Shown piece after piece: positions 40,609 to 48,320 of a stretch of DNA of 64,000 nt. Origin of the DNA: a virus; the IMG/VR virus record IMGVR_UViG_3300020045_002314, positions 26,193 through 90,192 of that record; one strand, written 5' to 3'. Under the pieces are notes generated by a model. The model searched no databases and had not been told where the DNA came from. It saw only the letters and a program-made list of their open reading frames with translations. Position 1 is the first letter of the stretch; each line of letters begins with the position of its first letter. The position numbers and the translations under genes are program-made.

Positions 40609-40879
40609 TAGTTCTTATGCAGCTGCTTTTACAGGTGCGAACATGAATTGATTACTGTTTCCAGTTATTGTTTACTTTAACTCTATTTATACATACTTCA
40701 AATGCTGTCAAAACCAAGATGCCCCTATTTAAATAAGAGTAGATATTTTACTACCTACTCTTTCAACATACGTTGTTGATTGACGTTCAATTGACAAACC
40801 TACTTAAAAGGTTGTGGAGCATTAGGGAATCGAACCCTAGTCCAAACATTAAGTATTATAACTTAACAAGTTAAAATAG
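40578..40879 (-). ncRNA. ssrA: Circularly permuted (two-piece) tmRNA
   Basis: Minus-strand order: acceptor piece ...GGAC-TAGGG-TTCGATT-CCCTA-ATGCTCC-A (ends 40815); then an 89-nt spacer; then the coding piece GGGGCAT-CTTGGTTTTGACAG (starts 40725). The 7-bp acceptor stem has G3:U70. ATAACT resume context, then tag ORF 40662-40615 encoding GNSNQFMFAPVKAAA*. Confidence 0.9.
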
Positions 40880-40940
40880 TAGGGATAGTAGGATTTGAAC
40901 CCACATCTTCGAGTGTAATAACCAGTTATACTATATCCCT
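40880..40940 (-). ncRNA. tRNA-like element lacking an anticodon arm
   Basis: AGGGATA/TATCCCT acceptor stem, TA, D-arm GTATAACTGGTTATTAC, only 10 nt (ACTCGAAGAT) before T-arm GTGGG-TTCAAAT-CCTAC, discriminator A. Confidence 0.7.
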
Positions 40941-40956
40941 TACCAATATTATATAC

Positions 40957-41484
40957 TTAACTTCTATTTCTAGTAGTAGGTATTTTAGGTTTTGGTAAAC
41001 CTTTAATCATTTCTTCAATTCTATTTAATTGTTCTTGTTGTTCTTTCTGCATCATCCACATTTCTTTTAATATAGTTTGGTCATTAACAACTTTATTAAT
41101 TGAAGCTAATACTTCAGAATTATCTTTATGTAAAGCTTCAATATTTTTAAACTGTGAAATTACAGAACTATGATTAGCTTTAAGTGTACTATTAAGATTA
41201 TTCTGATTAGTATCTAAAATATTAATAATTCTATCTCTAGATTTAATAACATTAGCATCAAGTAATTCAAACTTGTTTAATACAGTTTTTAACATATTAT
41301 CAATATAATTTCTCACATTGATTTTTACATTATTAATAATAGGTTCTAATAAATTATAATAATATTTATTAGATGCTTGAATACTATTTGAAATAGTAGT
41401 CTTACAGCCTTTAATATCAACTACAATTATAATTGTAGCTACAAGAACGAGTACTAAAATTAGTACATTTAGAAAATTTGTCAT
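40957..41484 (-). CDS. Membrane-anchored coiled-coil protein
   Basis: N-terminal TM helix followed by heptad-rich sequence. Confidence 0.6.
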   Translation of the reverse strand: MTNFLNVLILVLVLVATIIIVVDIKGCKTTISNSIQASNKYYYNLLEPIINNVKINVRNYIDNMLKTVLNKFELLDANVIKSRDRIINILDTNQNNLNSTLKANHSSVISQFKNIEALHKDNSEVLASINKVVNDQTILKEMWMMQKEQQEQLNRIEEMIKGLPKPKIPTTRNRS

Positions 41485-41542
41485 AATAAATTGTTTTAAT
41501 TAATAAATAAATATTTAAGTTGTTTATAAAAATTGTTTAATA

Positions 41543-41968
41543 TTATTTTAATAAGTTTAAAATTTTAATTATATCTACAAGTATAGCTTTTTCATAAATA
41601 GTAGAATAGAATAAACCTATTGTGTCATTATCATCTTCTCTTAATACAGCTATATTAATTTCATCATGATATAAATTAATTTTAAATCCTTCAAAGTATA
41701 AAGTAGTTATTTTTAAACCACATATGTTATTTTCTATATTTAATAATTTACATTTATCTGATTTAAGGTATTTATGTAAAATCCTTCTATTTCTATAATA
41801 TTTATATTCAAAAAAGAAATCATAAAGTTTATTAAATACAAGACCAAACGTAAGTATCATTATAATTATAAATAATATTGTTAATAATAATTTTATTATT
41901 ATATTTAAATCTCTTATAAAAATTGTTTTCATATTGTTAAGTTTAAAGGTTTTGTTCAATCCATTCAT
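41543..41968 (-). CDS. Membrane protein; true start probably MKTIF
   Basis: N-terminal TM helix. Confidence 0.55.
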   Translation of the reverse strand: MNGLNKTFKLNNMKTIFIRDLNIIIKLLLTILFIIIMILTFGLVFNKLYDFFFEYKYYRNRRILHKYLKSDKCKLLNIENNICGLKITTLYFEGFKINLYHDEINIAVLREDDNDTIGLFYSTIYEKAILVDIIKILNLLK

Positions 41969-42644
41969 CTATATAATTAACAGGACATACTGTTTGTTTC
42001 TCAATATCATTAATATTTACACCAAATAAATGTAATAAATTAATAACTTCTTCTCTACTCCAACTATCTTTAATTGATTTAATTGTAATAGTATTATCTT
42101 TATCTCTCTTAAGTTCATAAGTAGTGTATTTACCAGTAGGGTCATTCATTTCTAAAAATTCATTATACTCAACCATAACTTTAGTAATAGGTTTACCATT
42201 ATTATAAGCTTCAATATAAGCTTTAATAAATTGAGTTGAAGGTTGTGGTAATTGACATCTACCAAGTATTTCATCATCTTTATCTTTATAAATTAAAGAT
42301 TTATCAGTAGTAGCAATGATTTTCTTACAATTATTTATATCAATAGATTGAATAGAAGAATTATATTTAATAATATCATTTTTTAATAAATCTTTATGAG
42401 ATTTAATTATTAATATATTATCACCATCTTTAATTTCTTCATCAGAAGTAATATAAAGATGTTGAGAACTTAAATTACTATTTTTTAAATACGCTTGAGT
42501 AAAGTATTTATTATTAAAATATTCTAAATGTTTACTACCACGTAAATTTAGTAATAGTAAAGCATTATCAGCTACATTAGTAGTAACCATAACTACTTCA
42601 GCAGGTTTATAATACCTACCATTAATTTCTTTTAACTGTGCCAT
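41943..42644 (-). CDS. Hypothetical phage protein
   Basis: 233 aa containing QHLYITSDEEIKDGD...KKIIATTD...LPQPS. Confidence 0.65.
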   Translation of the reverse strand: MAQLKEINGRYYKPAEVVMVTTNVADNALLLLNLRGSKHLEYFNNKYFTQAYLKNSNLSSQHLYITSDEEIKDGDNILIIKSHKDLLKNDIIKYNSSIQSIDINNCKKIIATTDKSLIYKDKDDEILGRCQLPQPSTQFIKAYIEAYNNGKPITKVMVEYNEFLEMNDPTGKYTTYELKRDKDNTITIKSIKDSWSREEVINLLHLFGVNINDIEKQTVCPVNYIDEWIEQNL

Positions 42645-42674
42645 TGGTCTTTAGTTTTAAGATTAATAATTTAT

Positions 42675-42863
42675 TTAATTATAATAACAATCATCATTTT
42701 CATCTAAAGAATAATATAAACTTTTACCAAATTGTTTTTGTTGTTCATATTCTTGTTCATGTAATTTTCTATTGCTATAATATATTCTAGCACTTTCTTT
42801 ATTTTCAGCTTTTCTTGATTTAGCTTTGTTTATTTGTTTACGAACTGATTCTCTCCAACCCAT
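42675..42863 (-). CDS. Hypothetical protein
   Basis: 62-aa ORF. Confidence 0.5.
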   Translation of the reverse strand: MGWRESVRKQINKAKSRKAENKESARIYYSNRKLHEQEYEQQKQFGKSLYYSLDENDDCYYN

Positions 42864-42895
42864 TATATTTATTTTTAAGATTAATAATTTAATTA

Positions 42896-43845
42896 AAATA
42901 AGTGAAATTAATAATAATTAAGATTGTACTTCATATAGTAAGAGTTTTTACTAATATATAACTCAGCCCCTATGTTCCTATAATTACGTTTGGCTTGAAC
43001 TTATCTTTATTATTAATATTCACTTATTCTGTAATATCTCCTAGTATCTCTACTAGGTCGCACAATGCAAACTTTGTTGCTACTATACTTATATTACTAT
43101 AAGTAAGGCATAATTATAACTTTGTTCCTAAGATTACGTCTAATCTTATTTAAGTAGGTACTCAACCATATTTAATTATGCTGCCACCATTATAAATTAA
43201 ATTATTAACTATAATAATTGATAATTTATAACTTTATATTACTCTACCTAACAATATTAGGTATGTATTATAAGCACGGCATTATAACCAATAGTAATGG
43301 TATTCACTTCCTGCCGTATGTACTACTTCATATACTCTTGCTAATATATGGTACAAGTTAAAACTTCTTTATAATTAATGTAATCGTGTCATAATATTTA
43401 GTATTAGTTAATTATAAACATATACTTATGTTTATTTTATATCCAATATGCAAATACGATTATATAAATTTATTATTATTATATCTATAAATACTTCTTT
43501 ATAGTAAGTTGCAGTACTAGTTGTAGTACATTTTGCATTAACACTTGATTGTTAAGAAAGCTTTATATTACAAATATAATTAATAACATCTCTTGCTATT
43601 CTAGTAATAACTACAGGATACTACCTTAGAGAATTAGTAGTTACGCCTATCTCATACCTAGACAGATAATATAATTCTAACATATTATGGTGTAAAACAG
43701 TGACACCATGCAGTAGTGGAGTTTCCAAATGAGTTGTGCAATCTGTAAATACATTATAATTTCTTTTACTAGAAAAAAGAATAATATAAACAACCCATAT
43801 AATTATAATTACCTGCATGATAAACATTCCTAGTTTAACCATACA
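42896..43845 (-). ncRNA. Candidate large (~950 nt) highly structured non-coding RNA
   Basis: More than 15 nested or adjacent helices in a nearly ORF-free region; GNRA tetraloops, G:U pairs and an AGUA/GAA module all read correctly on the minus strand. Confidence 0.6.
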
Positions 43846-43860
43846 ATTAATTTAAAGTAA

Positions 43861-44046
43861 TTATTTATCTTTAATGTCAAAATATCCAACTATACTACCA
43901 AGACCTGTTACAGCAGCAGCAGTATAAATTATTTCAGCTTTACCAATTGGTTCCCAATTACAAGTAACAGCTTTATATATACAACGACATTCACCATATA
44001 TTATAGCTATGGTAAAAATAAATAATACTATTGATTTTGTTTTCAT
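43861..44046 (-). CDS. Small membrane protein
   Basis: 61 aa with two hydrophobic segments. Confidence 0.6.
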   Translation of the reverse strand: MKTKSIVLFIFTIAIIYGECRCIYKAVTCNWEPIGKAEIIYTAAAVTGLGSIVGYFDIKDK

Positions 44047-44061
44047 ATGTATAAGTTTAAA

Positions 44062-44406
44062 TTAATTAATATATTCATTTTCTTCACTTCTTTCTAAATC
44101 AATATGGTATTTAATAACTTTAATAACTCTATTGATTATATAGACAATAAATAATAAAATTATAAAACCAATTAAATAAGTAAGTAAAGGTGATATACCA
44201 TATGATACTTCAACTGCTTCACAAGATGTTAAAGATATTAATAGTACAATTGGCATAAATTTATTAAGTTCAATACCATTTTTAAAAACACTTTTAATAT
44301 TATCAAGTATAACACCTAATAAATAAATAAGTATAAATAAAGGCATTAGTAATCCTATAATTATTGAAGTTAAATGTTTTACAATAAAATTTAATAATCT
44401 CTTCAT
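44062..44406 (-). CDS. Membrane protein
   Basis: Three hydrophobic segments and an internal LTSC lipobox-like motif. Confidence 0.55.
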   Translation of the reverse strand: MKRLLNFIVKHLTSIIIGLLMPLFILIYLLGVILDNIKSVFKNGIELNKFMPIVLLISLTSCEAVEVSYGISPLLTYLIGFIILLFIVYIINRVIKVIKYHIDLERSEENEYIN

Positions 44407-44417
44407 GATATTTTATA

Positions 44418-44768
44418 TTAAAATGAATACTCTAGTTTGACATTAGGTGATGTAGTTATATTACTATATATGTTTTTAACTAATACTCCATCTACATATA
44501 ATTTAATAGTAATTTTATGAGCTGTTGTAGAAGTATAATAAGCATTAATATAATAATTAAAATGTTCAGGATATTCATCTTCTATTGTATATACACCTGA
44601 TTGTATATTCATATTATATAAACTAATATTACCATCTTCAGGACTTGAATAAATAATATTACAAGTAGATTGAGAAGTATATATTTCAGCTTTTACAATA
44701 TGTGTATTAGAATCTTTCTTACAACTAAATAATAATAGTAATAAGAATATAATTAATAGTTTCTTCAT
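44418..44768 (-). CDS. Lipoprotein
   Basis: MKKLLIIFLLLLLFSC-KKD, a Bacteroidota-type lipoprotein signal. Confidence 0.75.
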   Translation of the reverse strand: MKKLLIIFLLLLLFSCKKDSNTHIVKAEIYTSQSTCNIIYSSPEDGNISLYNMNIQSGVYTIEDEYPEHFNYYINAYYTSTTAHKITIKLYVDGVLVKNIYSNITTSPNVKLEYSF

Positions 44769-44773
44769 AATAA

Positions 44774-45022
44774 TTAAAATTTATGTAAATCTTGTTGTGT
44801 ATAACCTTTTGTAATTGCAAGTACAACTAAATGTATAAAAGATGATAAAAGATATAATATAATATATAATGGATACATACATATTTCGATGTAAGAATCT
44901 ACTATATTATATATTCTATTTAATAATCTTAAAAGTTTCTTTGTAGCATAATTTGTTAATATACCAATAACTAGTAATATTACAAATGCTATTACTAAAT
45001 AAATAATAATAAATGTTGTCAT
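44774..45022 (-). CDS. Small membrane protein
   Basis: Two TM helices. Confidence 0.55.
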   Translation of the reverse strand: MTTFIIIYLVIAFVILLVIGILTNYATKKLLRLLNRIYNIVDSYIEICMYPLYIILYLLSSFIHLVVLAITKGYTQQDLHKF

Positions 45023-45309
45023 GATTGTTGTGATTTAAGTTTTTTAATAAGACGAGTTAAATATGCTTTACGTAAAGGTTTGTTACGAGGTTTAAAATAA
45101 TACATACTAACTTTATAATATTGTGTAGGGTTTATATCTATTATTGCTCTAATGTTACTACATTCCTGTATTGTAACTATATTATGAAAATATAAGTCAG
45201 TACTTAATTTACATAATCCTGTAACTAAATGTTTATCTATATTATCTCTTAATATAGTTAATAATTCTATATCTGTTCTCATAATTATTTTTAAATGTAT
45301 ATTTATCAA
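45019..45309 (-). CDS. Hypothetical protein; start probably MRTDIE
   Basis: ORF overlapping its neighbours. Confidence 0.5.
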   Translation of the reverse strand: MINIHLKIIMRTDIELLTILRDNIDKHLVTGLCKLSTDLYFHNIVTIQECSNIRAIIDINPTQYYKVSMYYFKPRNKPLRKAYLTRLIKKLKSQQS

Positions 45310-45541
45310 TACTATCTAATTGTAATTGTGTTAATTGTACATAATAATTTTTAATCATTAATGTAACAATAGGTGTAGGTATTATATCTCCATTACTATC
45401 GTAAAATATAGTTTGATTGTTAATAGGTTTAGATATAATAGTAGAATTAGATTTATTATTTAAAGAGTGAACTCCTATATATGTATATAATACAATCATA
45501 GTATATATAAATATTGCAATAAATGTTTTAATAAAAGACAT
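45242..45541 (-). CDS. Membrane-anchored hypothetical protein
   Basis: N-terminal TM helix. Confidence 0.5.
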   Translation of the reverse strand: MSFIKTFIAIFIYTMIVLYTYIGVHSLNNKSNSTIISKPINNQTIFYDSNGDIIPTPIVTLMIKNYYVQLTQLQLDSIDKYTFKNNYENRYRIINYIKR

Positions 45542-45833
45542 AATGAATTGTTTTAAATAAAATGAATAAAATAATAAATTGATAAATAAGTATATAAAAA
45601 TATAAATAAAATAATTAATAGTTCTAATACTGCTAGTCTTATAAATTATAAATATAATATAAAATGGTAAATAGTATATTTAGAGAATTTATTTTAGGAC
45701 TGTAATGTGACACCTATATTAATTATTTTAATATTGTTATATGTAATAAAAAAAAGATAAATAAAAGATAAATAAATAAAATATATTAATAATGTAAAAT
45801 ATATAGAATTTATATAAAATATAAAGCTGATGA

Positions 45834-46076
45834 TTAATAAAGATGAGTGTTAGTAAATCTATTTATTATATTTTTACATCCTAATAAATCTTCAATAGTT
45901 TTAATACCTTGTGAAGAATTATCTAATGCTTCTATTTTAGTATCTAAAGGTAATAGATATACAAGAGGATTAAATATAGTAATTTCTATTTCTTTGTTAC
46001 CTATTCCCCTACGATGTGCAATTTCTATAGTTTCAGATATAGGTTTAGGTATGTAAATTCCAAATGTTGTTGACAT
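45834..46076 (-). CDS. Hypothetical protein
   Basis: ATG at 46076 (MSTTFG...) is a better start than the track's upstream start. Confidence 0.6.
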   Translation of the reverse strand: MSTTFGIYIPKPISETIEIAHRRGIGNKEIEITIFNPLVYLLPLDTKIEALDNSSQGIKTIEDLLGCKNIINRFTNTHLY

Positions 46077-46254
46077 AATAAATAAATTTAAATAATTAAT
46101 AAAATAAAAAAAATACACGCTTTATATTAAATACCTATAATAATAATAGTTTATAAACTAAACGACACAATGTCTTTCACATATAGTTTAATATATTGTC
46201 ACTTATAAAGCGGTATTTTATAGAGTAAATATAAATAAATAAAAATAATTAATA

Positions 46255-46434
46255 TTAAATAGTATAAAGAATTAATGCACGAATTGGAAATAAAGTATAT
46301 TGTTTAGTATTACTACTATAAGAAGAAGCATATTTTAATATAGTTATAGAAGTTATTTTAGCATTACGATTAAGTAATAATTGAATGTTATCTTCTAATG
46401 AACCATCGTGGTCGTTATAATCCCAGTATTTCAT
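46255..46434 (-). CDS. Small hypothetical protein (59 aa, not in ORF track)
   Basis: MKYWDYNDHDGSLEDNIQLLLNRN...LYTI*. Confidence 0.45.
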   Translation of the reverse strand: MKYWDYNDHDGSLEDNIQLLLNRNAKITSITILKYASSYSSNTKQYTLFPIRALILYTI

Positions 46435-46474
46435 AGTTATTAAAATTTAAAAAGTTAAAAAGTTATTAAAATAA

Positions 46475-46648
46475 TTAATAAAGATAAAATAGCACTATTA
46501 TTAATAACCAATCTATAATATATAATATTGTTACTAATTTATAAGTAATTTTAAAATTAGATAAATATAATTTTAAACATAGTAATTTAAATATAATTGA
46601 AAATATTGCTATTAAAGCTGATGCTAAAAGTATTGTTGTAATAGTCAT
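46475..46648 (-). CDS. Small membrane protein (57 aa, not in ORF track)
   Basis: MTITTILLASALIAIFSIIF...WLLIIVLFYLY*, two TM segments. Confidence 0.45.
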   Translation of the reverse strand: MTITTILLASALIAIFSIIFKLLCLKLYLSNFKITYKLVTILYIIDWLLIIVLFYLY

Positions 46649-47131
46649 AATATTAAATATAATGTAAATAAATATTAAAATAAATATAAAATAATTAATA
46701 AAGATAAGTAAGGATGAAAGACACTGTTAAAGAAATATAGGATAGAATAGAAGGATTTAATGAAATATTTAGTAGTATAGATAGTGGTGCATCTTCACAA
46801 TCACTTAATGTTTCTTAAAATAATTATACAATCATACGATAATATTTCCGAAACATTCACTTTATACAAATCATTTAATTTCTAAAACATTATAAATAAC
46901 ATTCCCTTCTTTACTACATTATTATAAAATAACTACATTTAATATCTTACTAAACATAACTATACACACATTATAATAATCTTCATTAAATCAATATAAA
47001 TAATATTTAATACTACCTATACATCATTCTATTCTACCTATATTATCTTCATCATTATTAACCTAAAACTTCATCTTTTTTATATTATGTATCAAATGTT
47101 TCTAGATGTTCTGTAAGCCCATAAAAACAAC

Positions 47132-47164
47132 AAAGAGTTGCACTCGTAATAAGCACAACTCTTT
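47132..47164 (-). terminator. Intrinsic terminator
   Basis: AAAGAGTTG...CAACTCTTT hairpin downstream of 47172. Confidence 0.7.
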
Positions 47165-47171
47165 CTGTTTG

Positions 47172-47615
47172 TTAACCATTAGCTGCAAGATTAGCTGCAT
47201 ACTGTTCGGCATTAATACGTTTTTGACTTAACTCAAACGTAATAAAGTCTTCAGGTACAAGACCAGAATAAGAATATTCCAATTCACTTCCGTCTTCACC
47301 TGTGATAACATTACCTAATTTATCTGTAATTTTATCATGCTCGTTCACTGGTGCAAACAAACCTGTAATACTACTTTTAATAAGGTGTTGAGGTTTAAAA
47401 GTGAATTCATCCATTCCACTATTCTTCAAATCTATAGCGAAAGCTTTTTCATTTCTTGGTATAACTACTTTTTTACCATTTTCAGTAACAGCATTAATAA
47501 GATAGTATGAACGTGGTTTGCCGTTCTTATCTGTACTTGTCAATAAGCTACTAACATTTAGTACAGTCAAATCCATAAGTTTAAATTCCATTGTTGTAAA
47601 TTTATAATTAAACAT
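47172..47615 (-). CDS. Hypothetical early protein; start probably MEFKL
   Basis: 147-aa ORF with its own terminator. Confidence 0.65.
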   Translation of the reverse strand: MFNYKFTTMEFKLMDLTVLNVSSLLTSTDKNGKPRSYYLINAVTENGKKVVIPRNEKAFAIDLKNSGMDEFTFKPQHLIKSSITGLFAPVNEHDKITDKLGNVITGEDGSELEYSYSGLVPEDFITFELSQKRINAEQYAANLAANG

Positions 47616-47666
47616 TTAATAACATCAATTACCATGACTTTTCTATGTGCGAATTATTAAAAAAAA

Positions 47667-47697
47667 TAAGTTGTTATACATTACATACAACAACTTA
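47667..47697 (-). terminator. Intrinsic terminator
   Basis: TAAGTTGTT...AACAACTTA hairpin followed by a T tract on the minus strand. Confidence 0.6.
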
Positions 47698-47709
47698 CTT
47701 TAATATACT

Positions 47710-48018
47710 TTAAAAATTATTATGAGTAAGTATTTTACTACTCTCTAATAATTGTTTAGATATAGCTTGAAATCTTACTTTACCTAATACATTGTTATCA
47801 GCATTAATAACTTTACACCATTGATTAAATACTTTATCATTAGGTGCGAATTCAAACCCTGATATAACAATAACATTACGTCTTACCTTTTCGTAACGTA
47901 TAAGTCTTACTACATAATTACATACGAAACCTAATTCATCTGTAATATCAATTGTAAAGATTCTAGCTGTTCTACCTGAACCTTTACCTTGTCCTGTTGC
48001 TATTTTGATTATACTCAT
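47710..48018 (-). CDS. Hypothetical protein
   Basis: 102-aa ORF. Confidence 0.6.
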   Translation of the reverse strand: MSIIKIATGQGKGSGRTARIFTIDITDELGFVCNYVVRLIRYEKVRRNVIVISGFEFAPNDKVFNQWCKVINADNNVLGKVRFQAISKQLLESSKILTHNNF

Positions 48019-48083
48019 ATGATTAAGGTTTATTCCATACTACCTTTAAAGACCTTAGTTGTTACTCAAAGGACATGACTTAT

Positions 48084-48320
48084 CTATGTCCTATATCTTA
48101 TACTAACATATATTAATAATACTGCTTTAATCAACATAAGTATAAGAACTAAATCGAATAATATAGTTCTTGCATACTTTAATATATCTATGTTAAGAAT
48201 ATTGTACAACATATACATATCTATTAACATTAAGATAAAAATAGTTATAAGAATGATAGTTAATTGTTTCATAATTAATAAGATTAGATGTGTATAATAA
48301 AGCGACAATTCTCTGTACAA
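48084..48320 (-). CDS. Small membrane protein; start probably MKQLT
   Basis: Two TM helices. Confidence 0.5.
   Translation of the reverse strand: MYRELSLYYTHLILLIMKQLTIILITIFILMLIDMYMLYNILNIDILKYARTILFDLVLILMLIKAVLLIYVSIRYRT

Noticed and set aside
40811-40850. A normal tRNA gene at the GGTTCGATTCC T-arm
   Set aside because: There is no matching 5' acceptor strand, D-arm or anticodon arm upstream. Its partner strand lies downstream at 40725, which makes it the tmRNA acceptor piece.
43040-43330. Group II intron-like words (GTGCG on minus at ~43063; GCCGTATG on plus at ~43313)
   Set aside because: They are on opposite strands, form no domain V hairpin and interrupt no gene, and there is no RT or maturase.
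43621-43842. 73-aa ORF in the track
   Set aside because: It lies wholly within the helix-dense region and has no recognisable features. It is more likely incidental to the structured RNA, though translation cannot be excluded.
45542-47130. CRISPR array
   Set aside because: The repeats are short, AT-rich and irregularly spaced, with no repeat-spacer periodicity.
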